Origin: Pseudomonas phage BRkr
Length of the DNA: 64,000 nucleotides
Direction: 5' to 3' (one strand)
Sequence record: LC765218.1
Shown here: piece after piece, positions 43,974-56,328 of the stretch
How the letters are laid out: every line of letters begins with the position of its first letter
How positions within the stretch are numbered: position 1 is the stretch's first letter
Position numbers and translations under genes: made by a program
The notes under the pieces: generated by a model
Databases searched by the model: none
Told to the model about the DNA's origin: nothing
Seen by the model: the letters and a program-made list of their open reading frames with translations, nothing else

Positions 43974-44005
43974 AAAACGACATAAAGCCGTCTCTAATGA
44001 GACGG
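43974..44005 (-). terminator. Family hairpin CATAAAGCCGTCTC-TAATG-AGACGGCACTATG.
   Basis: 8-bp stem with CATAAAG/CTATG flanks. Confidence 0.5.
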
Positions 44006-44014
44006 CACTATGCC

Positions 44015-45679
44015 TTAAGCGCGTTTCAGTACTGGAATACCGGTCATCGCCAATTGAAGATCAGTGTCGTATTCACGACGAATCCATTGGATGTAGAGAA
44101 GCTCTCCATCGGCAAGATCGTTATTAACACGCAACTTATCTTTCCATTGTTCAACACTGAACTCGTATTTGTTATGCAAGAAATGCAATACAAAGTGAGT
44201 TGGTGTAGGTGCCACAATTTCAGAGTCCGGATTTACAAGAGGCTCGGCTGCTTCATACATCTTCCGCAACCATGTTTCTTTGGTATTAGCTCCGTTCTGG
44301 AGACGTAGATCCCAAGCGTTGGTTTGGATGTATTCCAGATCGGCTTTCAGACCACGTCCATAAGCTGCGTCTACATCAGGACGAGTGTAGATTTCCCAGT
44401 TAGCATCACGGTTTTCACCAGATGTCAGGAGTGCAACTTGGAATGTAGTAACGAATCGATGTGGTGCGAAACGACCATCGACCTTGTTCAGGTTAACAGC
44501 GTAGGTAAGCGTTTGTAGATTACCATAACCCTTCGGATTGAATGGTGCTGAGTTAACACCAAGTTCAACCAAAGAAGTAACGTTGTAGAAACGTTGGCGA
44601 TCCAAGTTGTAAAGCCAGAATTCCAGACGGTAACCAGCAGTAACGTTTTGCCATACTGGATAAACGAATAGACGACATTCGTAAGCTCCATCGGCAGCAG
44701 TTGTACGGGCAATGTAGTTTTCTGTAATCCGACGATTTGCTGTTGGTGTCAACGCATAGGAAATTTCATCTTCTGCTAACTGGTAAGCAAGAGTAAGCGG
44801 GAACTCCTGTCCAATCTCAGTAGCGATATAGTTTTCCATGCCAAACAAGAACATTGTCGAGTTATCGATACCGCGACGTACTTTAGAACCACCACGATAG
44901 TTAATCATACCAACCATCGGAAGAGATTCAACGTTTACGTTCAGCGGGAATTCAATAACCTTAGGATCGGCAGCAGACAGGAACGGACTCTCGATCTCGA
45001 TACCGGCAATGTACTTCTTCGAATTATCAGACTGTCGAATTGCTTTCGTGTTTTGTACGAGCAACTGTGCTATCGACACAACCCCGCCAAGGTCATCGTA
45101 GGCCACCAAGGTGCAACGCTCACCGTCATCCATCTCCTCGGCTGTAAAACCAACCATAGGGGCCTTAATGACGTTCTGAGAGCCATTACCGACGGTTACT
45201 GTCTCAACTGGAATAAGTGGACCCGTGTAATCACCAGAGGGGGTGAAGAAAGCAGAGATGATCTTACCAAATTCTTCAGAGATATCACTACCCTTAAAGA
45301 CTTTGTAACTAGCAACCATCGAGCCATAAAAATGCAGACGTTTATCGGGTGCGAGAGTATGTGGAATAACGCTGGTATCAAGGAACAGACGGTAGCTTTC
45401 GGAGCTATAGCCTGGACCTACGCCCACCAGTACGTTTTCTTCGCCGTCGGGGTCAACTTTGGTTGGAGGATACCATTCTTTAAGAGTAGCTACGTGAGTA
45501 CCCTCTTCGACATCCTCAACTGTGAACCAGCCATTCTCGCGGTCCCAAACGAGGTCCCCAATATTGGGGACCCACTTATTTACTTGTCCAGCTTGCTGGA
45601 CGATATCTTTGCGGTTCCAAACCCACCAACCCCTATTAGGGTCCATGTAGTCGGAATTCCCGTATGGTACAGGAAGCAT
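44015..45679 (-). CDS. Hypothetical virion structural protein, 554 aa.
   Basis: Large ORF in the structural module upstream of terL. Translationally abuts 45681..48377. Confidence 0.55.
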   Translation of the reverse strand: MLPVPYGNSDYMDPNRGWWVWNRKDIVQQAGQVNKWVPNIGDLVWDRENGWFTVEDVEEGTHVATLKEWYPPTKVDPDGEENVLVGVGPGYSSESYRLFLDTSVIPHTLAPDKRLHFYGSMVASYKVFKGSDISEEFGKIISAFFTPSGDYTGPLIPVETVTVGNGSQNVIKAPMVGFTAEEMDDGERCTLVAYDDLGGVVSIAQLLVQNTKAIRQSDNSKKYIAGIEIESPFLSAADPKVIEFPLNVNVESLPMVGMINYRGGSKVRRGIDNSTMFLFGMENYIATEIGQEFPLTLAYQLAEDEISYALTPTANRRITENYIARTTAADGAYECRLFVYPVWQNVTAGYRLEFWLYNLDRQRFYNVTSLVELGVNSAPFNPKGYGNLQTLTYAVNLNKVDGRFAPHRFVTTFQVALLTSGENRDANWEIYTRPDVDAAYGRGLKADLEYIQTNAWDLRLQNGANTKETWLRKMYEAAEPLVNPDSEIVAPTPTHFVLHFLHNKYEFSVEQWKDKLRVNNDLADGELLYIQWIRREYDTDLQLAMTGIPVLKRA

Positions 45680-45680
45680 G

Positions 45681-48377
45681 TTAAGTCCTCGTTAGGTATA
45701 CGAATGGCGCGATGTCCATAGGGCGCTGTAAATACAACTTCAGTACACGAATGTAGAAGTCATACTGATCAGTATCTAACCCAATAGGATCACTATGCCA
45801 ATGTGGATAAACTACCACATGGTTGGTGTTGTAGTCTGTGTTTAGGATATCAAATGGAACCAACCACTCGTAGGATGCCATAACCCGAGCAATATCCATC
45901 TCGTTGTAACGACCATTAACAAGCGGTGGCTTCAGCGTACCCTTAACAATGTCATGGAGAACTTTGTTAGAGAATGCCGAATATACCACATAACGACGTG
46001 TAACCGAGTCAACTTGATCGCGTGTTCTCTTAGGGAAATACGCTGTCATGTAATCGGAAACTTGTTTATCACGTTCGTCATCTGCGATACGTGCTTGCTG
46101 ATCAGTATCGTAAACATCACGGAAAGTGGATTGCGGTGTTTGGATTTGGAAGGGTGCTCCATTTCGTTCATCGGTAATCAGAAGAGAATTATTATCCTCC
46201 TCAAACACCAAATCTTCACGGGCGCGGTAATGTCCATCTACAATGATCCTTTGCATTTTGTGCGTATGGATATCGTAAATACCATTATTGGAAAGAACAT
46301 TATACTCTACCCAACCAACTTCACCAGGTTTATAACGCTGAAGATCAGGAGTACAGTAACCGGTACCTCGTACAAGAACGGTATTAATACCATCGACCAA
46401 ATACTCATGGTTATTCAGTACAGTCATAATACCTTTATCAAAGTAATCGAGACCATTTATGATCGGTCGATTATTTAAGAAGATATCTAGTTGTCCGAAT
46501 GGGATCTCCATGAGCTTGTTGATTAGTTCACCGTTATGCTCTTCCCAGTTATCGATTCCAAATCGAATAATACCCTGGTCTTTAGTAAACCGCATTTCCT
46601 TCAGGTAGAAGTAGTTATCCATACGGACATAACCGTACCATTCATTTGGTAAAGCAGTCCATGTCCATTTAGGATGTTCAATATCAGTTGTATCATGGAA
46701 ACCCCAATCATTTCGATTAGGTAGGTCAGTGATATCAATCCATTCGTTGGTTGGTACACCAGCCCAGACTTTACAGACGTAAAGACGGAAGTTATAACCT
46801 TCCGAAAGATCGACTGTTCCATTACCAAATACACCATGAAGATTGGTATCACCTTTACCAGTAATACATTCTACCATCTTACATTCGGTTTGATTTACCA
46901 CGCGGTATCGGCGCCCTGCGACATGATGGTAATAACCCAACAAAATCCCTTTCGAATCATATTCGAAAACAGTAGCATTTTCCCAATAGTTGTATGGAAG
47001 ACTTGCATATACTGTACCTTGGTCAACATGGACCTTGGTTGGATTATGTGCCTGAATATCTGCGGCTTTATGGTAACCGAATACATCGCCGGCAAAATTC
47101 TGGGCATCGATCTTACCCTGAGATATCTCATCAGGATCTTGGAAAGCGATAGGGTAGATTACATCTGGATCAGCGGACATGAATTGAACGTAAGCCGATT
47201 GTTCAAGATTCTCTGCTCTCCATAATGGGCAAGTAGCGTCTGCTCCAGTCATGGCCCTAAGGATATTATCCGAGGATAAACGATAGAGTTCTTGAATGCG
47301 GCCAACATCGGCTACCAGAGGTCGTTCGTATCCAGAATGACGAATGTAAAGGCGAAGGAACTTATCTTCAATACCTGTCCATTTGTCAGAAGGCCAACGC
47401 GATGGATCATTTGCATGGCGTGGGTCTTCAGGGTGACTTGTGATGAAAGACTGAATTCGATCAACAGGAGCCGAATAGTCTTTATGCGTCAACATTCGAA
47501 GCCAATTACCTTCATTGTGGTGATACATCACACCACTGAACCGACCAGGCAATGAACCCCTTTTGCAAAGATAAACATCTAGATCGTCGAAGTACTCAAT
47601 CGTGTTGACATTCTTATCGTCGTAGTGAAGGATATATTTCCTTTCTTTATCGAGCGTAGAATTGAATGTTTTAAGATCACGTAGATCTAAATCGACTACA
47701 CGTTTAATACTTGGATCAAGGATGAATTCACAGTAATCACCCGGACCAGCTGTTACTAACGATATCTCTTGTACGAACCTACCGTTAACGAAGTACTGGG
47801 GGTAACCGCCTTTAGTTTCAATCAAGTCCATAATTTGAATTTGGAATTGACGAAGCTCTTCGTTAGAGTTAGGTGTCAAAGTCATCACATCGATATAACG
47901 GGCTGCTGCTATATCGCTACGATCAGAGTTGAAATACGCGTTGTGATAAACATGGAGATATGGATTATTCTCGGCTTCGTCCAAATCAGGGAAGCGATCA
48001 TTTCGTCGAATAGCTACAAGCAAGTTTTGCGTTTGGGTTACCAGGATATATGTTTCAGAACGTGGGAACTGAATTCCATTACTGACATAAACTTCCGCGA
48101 GAGTATGTACCTCTTTACCCAGTTGCTCAAGGCTGATCCAGTTATTCAACAGCTTTGGAATACCAAGATGGCGAGGAATAACCTGACCGATTTGGTAGAT
48201 ATGCCAGAAGTCACGAGTAGAGATTTGTGGAAGTTTATAACGTTCGTGCTCCACCACGTAACTACCCCGTACACCGTAGCGGGGAGTTAATTGACGGAGC
48301 TTATATACGAACTGTCGATCCTGAGTAGGGTTACACCAAACGTTCTCAATTGCGTAGCGCAATAGATAGTCGTTCAT
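45681..48377 (-). CDS. Hypothetical large virion protein, 898 aa. A portal or large structural protein is a possibility but is unverified.
   Basis: Longest ORF in the window. Located in the structural module. Confidence 0.55.
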   Translation of the reverse strand: MNDYLLRYAIENVWCNPTQDRQFVYKLRQLTPRYGVRGSYVVEHERYKLPQISTRDFWHIYQIGQVIPRHLGIPKLLNNWISLEQLGKEVHTLAEVYVSNGIQFPRSETYILVTQTQNLLVAIRRNDRFPDLDEAENNPYLHVYHNAYFNSDRSDIAAARYIDVMTLTPNSNEELRQFQIQIMDLIETKGGYPQYFVNGRFVQEISLVTAGPGDYCEFILDPSIKRVVDLDLRDLKTFNSTLDKERKYILHYDDKNVNTIEYFDDLDVYLCKRGSLPGRFSGVMYHHNEGNWLRMLTHKDYSAPVDRIQSFITSHPEDPRHANDPSRWPSDKWTGIEDKFLRLYIRHSGYERPLVADVGRIQELYRLSSDNILRAMTGADATCPLWRAENLEQSAYVQFMSADPDVIYPIAFQDPDEISQGKIDAQNFAGDVFGYHKAADIQAHNPTKVHVDQGTVYASLPYNYWENATVFEYDSKGILLGYYHHVAGRRYRVVNQTECKMVECITGKGDTNLHGVFGNGTVDLSEGYNFRLYVCKVWAGVPTNEWIDITDLPNRNDWGFHDTTDIEHPKWTWTALPNEWYGYVRMDNYFYLKEMRFTKDQGIIRFGIDNWEEHNGELINKLMEIPFGQLDIFLNNRPIINGLDYFDKGIMTVLNNHEYLVDGINTVLVRGTGYCTPDLQRYKPGEVGWVEYNVLSNNGIYDIHTHKMQRIIVDGHYRAREDLVFEEDNNSLLITDERNGAPFQIQTPQSTFRDVYDTDQQARIADDERDKQVSDYMTAYFPKRTRDQVDSVTRRYVVYSAFSNKVLHDIVKGTLKPPLVNGRYNEMDIARVMASYEWLVPFDILNTDYNTNHVVVYPHWHSDPIGLDTDQYDFYIRVLKLYLQRPMDIAPFVYLTRT

Positions 48378-48387
48378 TAATCACCCA

Positions 48388-49323
48388 TTACTGATGCAGA
48401 CGTGTGAATTGCTCGGAAACCGCTTTGAAAACGAGGTCAGTAAAGACTTTAAGCTCGTTTCCACGAGCTAACGATTCTACTCGTTGAGTAATTACTGTTT
48501 TACGGTATGAGCGTTCTGCAATTGCCATGTAAAGCAATGCAATGAAAGTCGGTAAATGTTCGAGGGCTACACCCACGTTTTCACGGGAGTTTACACCGAA
48601 CCAAGAAGTCGAGATCAATGCAAAAAGATCCCCAAACTTCAATTCACCGGTACGCTGTTGACGGGAGTTAACTGACATCTCATGAATGAGGTCAGAGGCA
48701 TTCTCCAGCTTACCCATCGTTGCGGCAACATCGAGTACAAATTCTGGCGGCACCGAAGTGCAGCGAGAAATAATCGGTGCAAATTTCTCACGCTCTTCAC
48801 CCGGTTGACGAAGTTCAGGGGTGGACATGGCGTAATAGTAATAAGCCGTAATGACAAAGAGTGCCATCTGCGATTCGATCGGTAGATTGTAGCGTGTAAT
48901 CAATACACCGCTAACCCAACGATGGAATACTTTTGCAGGTAGGTCCGATAAGCGATTAAAGAAAGCTTCGTCGCCAGAAAGCAGGCGATTGTTCAAAGCT
49001 AGACGAACGCATTGGAACTGCCAGTCGTTTTGAGCGATCAAAGAATACTTCTGAGATCGAGCGTCAAACTTCATGTATTGGCGGCTATCAATAAGAAGCC
49101 GTGGTTTATTGGGTTCGCCCACATTGATAATCTGAGTGAAGTTCGGAATTGCTTCGTGTTCTTCACGAGGTGTTACGAACGCAGAGTTCATTAACTGATT
49201 TCCACCGGGTGTTTCTACCAGGGGGAATGGCAAATCAATTTCTGCCCGACGGGCTGCTGCGATCACCTGTTGATATTTAGGATAGATCCCACAGACTGTT
49301 GTTTGATACGGTAGCGAAAACAT
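48388..49323 (-). CDS. Hypothetical protein, 311 aa.
   Basis: Minus-strand ORF heading the structural operon. Confidence 0.55.
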   Translation of the reverse strand: MFSLPYQTTVCGIYPKYQQVIAAARRAEIDLPFPLVETPGGNQLMNSAFVTPREEHEAIPNFTQIINVGEPNKPRLLIDSRQYMKFDARSQKYSLIAQNDWQFQCVRLALNNRLLSGDEAFFNRLSDLPAKVFHRWVSGVLITRYNLPIESQMALFVITAYYYYAMSTPELRQPGEEREKFAPIISRCTSVPPEFVLDVAATMGKLENASDLIHEMSVNSRQQRTGELKFGDLFALISTSWFGVNSRENVGVALEHLPTFIALLYMAIAERSYRKTVITQRVESLARGNELKVFTDLVFKAVSEQFTRLHQ

Positions 49324-49454
49324 TACCGTTTTACTCCTTTCATGGGTAGGGAAAAATAACTATCACAGCCAACTATGAACAATATTTATGATTGACTGTT
49401 AGTTAACACTCATAACATCGAGTTTAAAGCTCCACATCTGGGAGAAACATAAAG

Positions 49455-51548
49455 ATGTCCACGTACTACAACGCTGTTCCTAAGGTTGTGTTTAACGGGA
49501 TTCGAGATCGTAGCCGTCGGGCGTTCATTCGTCCCGAGATTACTTTCGCCCAACACACTCCTCTGCTTCGTCTCTTCACTGAGACTGGCCCAACTGAAAC
49601 CACTTATGTAGGTGATTCCGAAGATGGCTTCGCGTCTATCTTTGGTCAAAGCTCTCTTGATCCACGCAGCAAGTATTTTAACCAGCAATCGCTGCTGGCG
49701 CTGAACCTGCTTGGTCAAGGTAACGGTTTCTATGTTAAACGCCTGAAACCCGAAGACGCTGGTAACCCTGCTCGAATCACTGTGGCCCTGGAAATGGTCC
49801 AAGACATGATTCCTGCTTCTGTGACCCGTCTCAGTGGCTTTAACTATCCTGATGCTGTAACTGACACTGGTAACGGTCCGATTGCTTCTGGTACCGATAC
49901 TGTTGAAGGTTATCGTGCACGCATCGTTCTGATTGCTGATAACCAATCCGAAGTGGGTACTCAACGGCGCCTGCCGGGTACCATGGTCTCCGGTATGGAC
50001 GGTAGTCAGTCCACTGTATATCCGCTGTTCGAACTACCCGCTTCGTTCTTCGGTCAGCCCGGTAATAACCTGGGCATGCGTATCTGGGCACCGACTCAGC
50101 TCGATCCGGATGGCTACGATGAATTCACCGGCCAGCGCTTCAAGACTCGTCTGTATCGTGTTCAATTCGTTGAACTCATGGACGGGACAAGCACTCCGAT
50201 CATCATCAAGACCAAGACCGATGAAGACTACGTCAACGTATCGTTCGACGAAGGTGTTTGGTCGGAACAGTATGATCGTGATCTAACCATCGATGAAGTT
50301 CTTATCGATCAGTATAACGACGACGGTATTGAGTCGGGTATGTCCCCGCTTTATAGCCCGTTCTCGCAGTGCTATGTATATCGTGACAACGTAGAACTCG
50401 TTCGCGAGATTATCTACGATGCAGAGACCCGTGTAAACCCGGCAATCAATGCACATATCGATGCACCTGGTCAGATTGACTTCCTCACTATGCTTGGTGA
50501 AGATGGTGACCCGTATCAATCCATCAAACTGGAAGGTCCGATTGAAGGTGGTGTGCTTCTAGGTAAGAACGCTACTGTCTACGCCCAAGGCGGTAAAGAC
50601 GGTACCACTACCCTGGATGAATACGTCAAGCTTGTTGACATCGAGAATACCAACTTTGGTAAGCTTGGTGATCAGTACGAAAACGTTGCGCTCTATCAAT
50701 TCGGTATCCTGTACGACACCGGTCTGCCGATGGCCTCGAAATATAAGGCAATGCAAGTATTGTCTGCTCGTCGTGACGTACAGTACTTCTTCACTACCTT
50801 TGTTGAAGGTGAGACCCGTCTTCCGACGGCATCTGAAGAAGTATCCCGTGTACAGGCTCTGATGACTCGTCTGAAGGCTTTCCCGGAAGCTACCCTGTAT
50901 GGTACCCCTGTGTGCCGTGCGATGATTGTAATGCAATCTGGTAAGCTTGTTGGCGGCGGTTACAATAAGTTTGTTCCGCAGTTGCTCGACGTTGCCATGA
51001 TGTGGTCGCGTTATGCTGGTGCTGGCACCGGTATCCTACGTGCAGGCGCTGAAATGGACGTTGATCCGAATAACCGTGTAACCATGGTTAAGAAGCTTAA
51101 CGTACCGTTCTTCAATGCTCGTACATCGGCTAACCTCTGGGCCAATGGTGCAACTTACTCTACTTCGTACGACCATCGTTCGAATTACTACCCGTGTCTG
51201 CGTTCGGTATATCTGGACGACACATCGGTACTGCTTAGCCCGATCACTGTGAATATCTGCTGCGTAATCATGCGGTTGATCCACAAGATCCATGCTAAGT
51301 TCTCGGGTAACGCTTTCCTGACTAAAGAACAGCTTGTTGAACGTTGCGACCAAGAGATCCTTGATCGTACTCGTGATCTGTTTGGTGGTCGTGTAGACGT
51401 GATCCCGCGTACCGAGATCACCGGTATTGATGAGAACAATGGCACCAGCTGGACTTGCACTGTGACTGTTGCGGCTAATAACCCGCGCACCACTCTGAAC
51501 TTCCAACTGGAAACCGTTCGCCGCGAGAACGTTACCGAGCAGCAATAA
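49455..51548 (+). CDS. Putative tail sheath protein, 697 aa. A major capsid protein or another major virion protein is the alternative.
   Basis: The C-terminal region (…[48 protein letters not shown]) resembles the conserved sheath C-terminal domain. Followed by a 291-aa gene, the same size pair as the phiKZ sheath and tube. Confidence 0.5.
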   Translation: MSTYYNAVPKVVFNGIRDRSRRAFIRPEITFAQHTPLLRLFTETGPTETTYVGDSEDGFASIFGQSSLDPRSKYFNQQSLLALNLLGQGNGFYVKRLKPEDAGNPARITVALEMVQDMIPASVTRLSGFNYPDAVTDTGNGPIASGTDTVEGYRARIVLIADNQSEVGTQRRLPGTMVSGMDGSQSTVYPLFELPASFFGQPGNNLGMRIWAPTQLDPDGYDEFTGQRFKTRLYRVQFVELMDGTSTPIIIKTKTDEDYVNVSFDEGVWSEQYDRDLTIDEVLIDQYNDDGIESGMSPLYSPFSQCYVYRDNVELVREIIYDAETRVNPAINAHIDAPGQIDFLTMLGEDGDPYQSIKLEGPIEGGVLLGKNATVYAQGGKDGTTTLDEYVKLVDIENTNFGKLGDQYENVALYQFGILYDTGLPMASKYKAMQVLSARRDVQYFFTTFVEGETRLPTASEEVSRVQALMTRLKAFPEATLYGTPVCRAMIVMQSGKLVGGGYNKFVPQLLDVAMMWSRYAGAGTGILRAGAEMDVDPNNRVTMVKKLNVPFFNARTSANLWANGATYSTSYDHRSNYYPCLRSVYLDDTSVLLSPITVNICCVIMRLIHKIHAKFSGNAFLTKEQLVERCDQEILDRTRDLFGGRVDVIPRTEITGIDENNGTSWTCTVTVAANNPRTTLNFQLETVRRENVTEQQ

Positions 51549-51580
51549 GCTCGGTAACTACTCATTTTTGAGGAATCGAA

Positions 51581-52456
51581 ATGAAACGTTATAATGACCC
51601 GATGGCTCCTCAGTCCGGCTACGGTGCAGGTGGTTCCAAGAACACCATCAACCTGGCTCAGGCTGGTACGGATGTCTTTCGTCCTGATCTGGCTAACCTT
51701 GCGAGTAACACTCCTTACGTTAGCCGGAACCTCGTCCCGTTCCTTCTGGAAGCTCCACGCTTCTTCCAATACGCTAGCAATAGCCGGCAACTAGTTCGTT
51801 CGCTTAAAGCCCTGGTAGAGAACCATGTTCGTACTATCGATGGTCTACAGCAGACTGTAACTGTTGATACCGCAGAAGCTCCTTGGGGTGGTTCTGGTGA
51901 AGCCATCCAGGCTGCCACCAACGTTACCCGTGCTCGTTCGACTCCGTCGTTGGGTTGCTGGGAACTGCAAGGTCGTGCTATCCAGCGTTACCTGAAATGG
52001 TGGATCACCTACGGTATCGGTGACGAGAATACCAAGATCCCGCGTATCGTTGCAGAAGGTAACGTTCCGCCGGAGAAATACGATGCTACCTTCTACGGTG
52101 CCACGATTCTATTCGTTGAACCAGACCCGACTTTCCAAGACGTTGTTAGCGCATATCTCTGCACCAACATGTTCCCGCTGTCGACTGGTCAATGGGAGAG
52201 CCGTAAAGACGCCGCACAGATCGGCCAGAACCTTGACCTCAGTATTGAGTTCTCGGCGATGACTGACGTATCTGAAGGTGTTACCATGTATGCTCGTCAA
52301 CTGTTCCGTACACTGAACATTAAAGGGATGAACCCGAACGAACAACGTGGTTGGATTGAATCCATCTCTGCTGACGTACGTGCCGCCAACATTGGTCTGC
52401 GTGATCAGCTGGAGAAATCCGCTACTAACCGTGTAACCTACGATGGTGCTGACTAA
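51581..52456 (+). CDS. Putative tail tube protein, 291 aa.
   Basis: Immediately downstream of the sheath-like gene with an AGGAATCGAA-ATG ribosome-binding site. Size matches the phiKZ-type tube. Assigned by position only. Confidence 0.4.
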   Translation: MKRYNDPMAPQSGYGAGGSKNTINLAQAGTDVFRPDLANLASNTPYVSRNLVPFLLEAPRFFQYASNSRQLVRSLKALVENHVRTIDGLQQTVTVDTAEAPWGGSGEAIQAATNVTRARSTPSLGCWELQGRAIQRYLKWWITYGIGDENTKIPRIVAEGNVPPEKYDATFYGATILFVEPDPTFQDVVSAYLCTNMFPLSTGQWESRKDAAQIGQNLDLSIEFSAMTDVSEGVTMYARQLFRTLNIKGMNPNEQRGWIESISADVRAANIGLRDQLEKSATNRVTYDGAD

Positions 52457-52668
52457 TGGCTAATCCCCTTAAGCTAGATGATGCTTCGACGCAAACTCCC
52501 GCTCAAGGGGGTTCCGTTGAAAGGTACAACGATTTGATCTCTGCTGATGTCGCTGCTGAAGATAATGGTCTTTGGCACCGTATTAATCGAGTAGCTGCTT
52601 CTGTAGCTACCGATGCAGATAACATCGCTCGTGGTTTACCCGTAGAAGCAAACGCACAGTACGCTTGA
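52456..52668 (+). CDS. Hypothetical protein, 70 aa.
   Basis: Start overlaps the upstream stop (TAATG). Terminator follows at 52674-52698. Confidence 0.4.
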   Translation: MANPLKLDDASTQTPAQGGSVERYNDLISADVAAEDNGLWHRINRVAASVATDADNIARGLPVEANAQYA

Positions 52669-52673
52669 TATAT

Positions 52674-52698
52674 GGCCCAGCTTCGGCTGGGCTTTATG
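52674..52698 (+). terminator. Hairpin GGCCCAGC-TTCG-GCTGGGC followed by TTTATG after the sheath/tube operon.
   Basis: UUCG loop with a 7-8-bp GC stem. Confidence 0.6.
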
Positions 52699-52725
52699 TC
52701 GGCTTGTATTTAAATATATTAAAAA

Positions 52726-52735
52726 CCTATATTAC
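52726..52735 (+). promoter_or_regulatory. CCTATATTAC promoter-like motif 36 nt upstream of gene 52771.
   Basis: The TATATTAC core is shared by all five sites. Confidence 0.4.
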
Positions 52736-52770
52736 AAATGTGAATTCAATACCACAATAGGGATCTACAA

Positions 52771-53130
52771 ATGCACCTCAATAAAGAACTTCTCAAAGAA
52801 CTGTTCACTGTTATCGAAGACAATATGCGCACCAAAGGTGAGTACTTCGATAAACAAGTCCGTATCAGTACCTTCGGTGAACTGGAGATTCGTACCTTCG
52901 CCGGATCGTTCATCTTCTACAAAGCTGGTACCTCTGAACAGTATGCCATGTTCAGCGTGGAGTTCGATGCTACTGGCAAGATCATTCGTTTCATTGCACC
53001 AGCGCTGCTGCGTGCCACTATCTACTGGGATATGGTAGAAGACGAGAACTCAGAACCAGAATACCGTAAGGTCGATATCGAAGAGATGTTGATCAACGCT
53101 GTAACCAACCATTTCAAAACCGCTAAGTAA
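52771..53130 (+). CDS. Hypothetical protein, 119 aa.
   Basis: A CCTATATTAC motif 36 nt upstream. ORF with ribosome-binding site. Confidence 0.55.
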   Translation: MHLNKELLKELFTVIEDNMRTKGEYFDKQVRISTFGELEIRTFAGSFIFYKAGTSEQYAMFSVEFDATGKIIRFIAPALLRATIYWDMVEDENSEPEYRKVDIEEMLINAVTNHFKTAK

Positions 53131-53141
53131 GGAACATCGAA

Positions 53142-53507
53142 ATGCGTAAACTGTTCATCGCTGTGGTATCCACTATTGCATTACAAGTCGCTGTCGCTGA
53201 TCCGTTCAATCCGGTGGAATACGATGCCCAACTCTACGCTGAAATGGTAGATAGTTCTGATCTGATCTACTGTAACAAAGGTATCTGTAATTATGTCGAT
53301 AATGGTGACTTGTTCACCGAATTTGACATGCCGCCACCTGATGGTTACACAATCGCTTTTCCTAAAGGCAAATACAGTGAACATGAAATCAACAAATATC
53401 GACCACTGTTAACTGAGTTTTATCAAACCCTGGTAGCACTGAAGACTGGTGACTGCACTGGTCCTCTGAGTGAACAGACTAAACGTACCCTTAAATGCAT
53501 ACGGTGA
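53142..53507 (+). CDS. Secreted Cys-containing protein, 121 aa.
   Basis: Signal peptide MRKLFIAVVSTIALQVAVA-DP. GGAACATCGAA-ATG ribosome-binding site. Confidence 0.55.
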   Translation: MRKLFIAVVSTIALQVAVADPFNPVEYDAQLYAEMVDSSDLIYCNKGICNYVDNGDLFTEFDMPPPDGYTIAFPKGKYSEHEINKYRPLLTEFYQTLVALKTGDCTGPLSEQTKRTLKCIR

Positions 53508-53510
53508 GTT

Positions 53511-53714
53511 ATGGCCATAACAATTCCCTACACCCGACTGGCTTCCTTTAAGAACCTCGACAAGAATCTACGTTGGGGTCAAGCTTTCCATAGTCACATG
53601 GAACTTCACAAAATCACCAATCCGGAAGATAAGGAGTGGTGTGATAAACTATGGAATGCTGATGATCGGACTGCCGCTGATCTTCTCGCATCTGTAGTTG
53701 ATTACAATAACTAA
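53511..53714 (+). CDS. Hypothetical protein, 67 aa.
   Basis: Short ORF in operon packing. Confidence 0.4.
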   Translation: MAITIPYTRLASFKNLDKNLRWGQAFHSHMELHKITNPEDKEWCDKLWNADDRTAADLLASVVDYNN

Positions 53715-53929
53715 TGATCGCTTTCGGTTTAGCTAGTCTGTTCTTTATTGCAATGATTTTAAATATCGGATATCTCTATTCGACAAAGCAATATGAACAT
53801 GAAAAGCTAGCTAGGTGTGACTCAGTTACATTGAAACGATCTAAGTGGTGGATACGCGTATTCAAAGGCGGGAGAAATACATTACTCGCTTTGTTCGTTG
53901 TAATCCTGGCAGACCACTTATTCAAGTAA
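53714..53929 (+). CDS. Small membrane protein, 71 aa, with two predicted transmembrane segments.
   Basis: Hydrophobic MIAFGLASLFFIAMILNIGYLY and LLALFVVILADHLF segments. Start overlaps the upstream stop. Confidence 0.45.
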   Translation: MIAFGLASLFFIAMILNIGYLYSTKQYEHEKLARCDSVTLKRSKWWIRVFKGGRNTLLALFVVILADHLFK

Positions 53930-53934
53930 CACGA

Positions 53935-53977
53935 CATAAGCCCTCTCCTTCGGGAGAGGGCATTTATGTTTTTTTTT
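53935..53977. terminator. Bidirectional hairpin CATAAGCCCTCTCC-TTCG-GGAGAGGGCATTTATG followed by T9, between convergent genes.
   Basis: 10-bp stem, UUCG loop, T-tract. Confidence 0.65.
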
Positions 53978-53979
53978 CT

Positions 53980-55224
53980 TTACCTGGAATAATAATTCCT
54001 GGTCATAGCTCGAAGAATAATGTAAAGCATGATCCCAGTACGGGTAGCTGCAATAACAGCTGGGTTCTTAATCTTCGTTGCTTCTTTCACCATTGCTTCA
54101 CCGGTGTCCCGCATAAAGAGTACACGTGGATCTTCTGAACGCGAAGCCATCAGCTTAGCACGGATCTTCACGATAATACCGTTTAGGTCGGTATTACGCT
54201 GTACAGAGGTTTTAATCGACTGCATGTAGTCAAACGCGTAGAGCAGACATTCATCAACTAGTTTCTCTAGATGACCCATTCTCGGTTGACCATAATTTCG
54301 CGACATGTACTGTAGCGATTCCACTAGAAGCTTTGGAGGCATAGCTGCCATTGAGTTCTCAATCACACCCAACAGCTCAGGTCTAATAAAGTTCTGTTCG
54401 TTGTTAACAACACCATGCATGTAGCGAAGATAACCCGAATAACCGTTAACTTTATCTCTTAGTATTTGATCTCCATCAGTATTGACACCAATGTCAGAGG
54501 TCATAACCAATCTAGAACCAGATTGTAAAGTACGGATATAAACTTCGTAGTATTTATTGATCAATTCACGAATACGTGACTGCGTGTCAGTTACAACGCG
54601 TTTCGACATATAACCGTCTTTATCCTCGATCTTATCATGAAGATACGAGTAATAAATATTCGAAGTGTCGTTCGAAGAAATCCCCTCGGAACGTTCACGA
54701 ATTAATTTTCCCCAGCTACCAATAGCTTTAATATCAAACTTGTAGTTAAGAGCAGCAAATGTCGCTTCGGCCACTTCACGCCTAGCCGGATATTTAAATC
54801 GTCTAACCAATAGAGATGTTAGATATTTAAAATGTAGCACCATGAAAGCGCATGTAATTGCTTCTTGTTTGATATTCAACGGAATGTCATTACGTTTATT
54901 CAGTTGGATCGTAAGATAACCTGGAATATGGTTGAATGGATCAGATGCCACAATGTGTGTAGGATCGATACCTTCAGCTTTAACGAAATCGTGACGGAGT
55001 AGATCGTCATCTACACGTAGCACGTCATCAAACCAAATCTCACGGTCAGTATCATAGAAGCGAACTTCTTGAACACCTAGAAGAACTCCACCAAAAAATG
55101 CAGAGTGATCTTCATTACGGTTCATGTAACGGACGGTGTAGTCGATGATTCGTTTGCAAAGGTCTCGGTCAAACTTGACATCTTCGAAATGCTTGTCAAG
55201 AACTTGACGAATAGTGAGAGCCAT
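53980..55224 (-). CDS. Hypothetical protein, 414 aa. The only minus-strand gene in this plus-strand block.
   Basis: Long ORF bounded by a bidirectional hairpin at 53935-53977. Confidence 0.6.
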   Translation of the reverse strand: MALTIRQVLDKHFEDVKFDRDLCKRIIDYTVRYMNRNEDHSAFFGGVLLGVQEVRFYDTDREIWFDDVLRVDDDLLRHDFVKAEGIDPTHIVASDPFNHIPGYLTIQLNKRNDIPLNIKQEAITCAFMVLHFKYLTSLLVRRFKYPARREVAEATFAALNYKFDIKAIGSWGKLIRERSEGISSNDTSNIYYSYLHDKIEDKDGYMSKRVVTDTQSRIRELINKYYEVYIRTLQSGSRLVMTSDIGVNTDGDQILRDKVNGYSGYLRYMHGVVNNEQNFIRPELLGVIENSMAAMPPKLLVESLQYMSRNYGQPRMGHLEKLVDECLLYAFDYMQSIKTSVQRNTDLNGIIVKIRAKLMASRSEDPRVLFMRDTGEAMVKEATKIKNPAVIAATRTGIMLYIILRAMTRNYYSR

Positions 55225-55274
55225 GGTTATACCTCTTTGATTAATCAGATCATTGCGCTAAAAAATATCTTAGA

Positions 55275-55284
55275 TCTATATTAC
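55275..55284 (+). promoter_or_regulatory. TCTATATTAC promoter-like motif 40 nt upstream of gene 55324.
   Basis: Exact 10-mer repeat. Confidence 0.4.
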
Positions 55285-55323
55285 ATGCAAGCTAAACATT
55301 CCGTTAAAAAGAGGTTTTGCAAT

Positions 55324-56328
55324 ATGTCCAATGTTGTTGTAAAAGAAGAAGCTGTAAAACATGAAGAACCCAAATTCACCTGGGAAAACTGGTCAGCTAA
55401 ATATGTTGGTCTTGATCTGATCGAACCTGGTGTTCATGGCAACCTACTGGTAAGTGATTGGTATAATACCGGCTATGAAAATACCCAGGTTTCTGTAAAT
55501 CAATGTCCAAGACTAAATCAGTATATCTTCGATCTTAATACCCGAAAGATGATTGGTGCTATTGGCATCATTCGTAAATACGGGGGTGGTTATAATGGAT
55601 TCGGTGAAGAGGATGGTTATTACGAACCTTACCGTAATTCCAGTAATTCTATTGTTCTACGGAGCACCGATTTCACCAAGGTGTCGGTAAGTAAAGAACT
55701 AGCCACGCTTTATGGCGAGTATGCTGAGAAGAGTCCGGCTGGTAGTGAGCTATTGAAGCTCCTTGCTAAGGTATCAGACGAATTGGCCGGTAAAGGTTAT
55801 GCATTGAATTACCTTCACTCTGAACAGCAAGCAAACCGGACTATTGACGCAAAGCCTTACGCAAACGTCCGGATCGATTACGCTGGTAGTGATGTAATGG
55901 TGCAGCTCGATTCCACCATTGGTGAAGCTTCAAATGGCATCGTTGATAAACTGGCTCCCCTGTACCCTGACAATCTGTATGTTCTTGAAAACTACAGTTA
56001 TTCGCATCGGCGTGTGGATGTCGTTAGTCAGGTTGGTGGCATTCTTAAACGTAAGTACACAATTTGTCATTTTGAACATTACTCTGTAATCGACCAGCAA
56101 ACGGCATTCGTTGAACCTCTTACTCAAGAGCGCATTGAACAACTGCTAGTTAGTTACGCAAATCAACCTTCTAGTATTGATGCAAAAGAAATCATGGATA
56201 CTCTCCATGTCCTCGGTGCCACTAAACTGGTATCTGTTTCTAAGTCCATTCGTCATTACGAGACTATCATTAGTCTCCGTGCCATTGACGATAACAAAGA
56301 CGAAGTAACCATCACCATTGATTTCTAA
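55324..56328 (+). CDS. Hypothetical protein, 334 aa. Start reset to MSNVVVKEE because the track start overlaps the minus-strand gene.
   Basis: AAAAGAGGTTTTGCAAT-ATG ribosome-binding site. A TCTATATTAC motif 40 nt upstream. Confidence 0.55.
   Translation: MSNVVVKEEAVKHEEPKFTWENWSAKYVGLDLIEPGVHGNLLVSDWYNTGYENTQVSVNQCPRLNQYIFDLNTRKMIGAIGIIRKYGGGYNGFGEEDGYYEPYRNSSNSIVLRSTDFTKVSVSKELATLYGEYAEKSPAGSELLKLLAKVSDELAGKGYALNYLHSEQQANRTIDAKPYANVRIDYAGSDVMVQLDSTIGEASNGIVDKLAPLYPDNLYVLENYSYSHRRVDVVSQVGGILKRKYTICHFEHYSVIDQQTAFVEPLTQERIEQLLVSYANQPSSIDAKEIMDTLHVLGATKLVSVSKSIRHYETIISLRAIDDNKDEVTITIDF

Noticed and set aside
49455-51548. Calling the 697-aa protein the major capsid protein.
   Set aside because: No HK97-fold-suggestive features were recognisable by eye. 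A sheath-like C-terminal motif and the adjacent 291-aa gene favour sheath and tube. The assignment is kept tentative.
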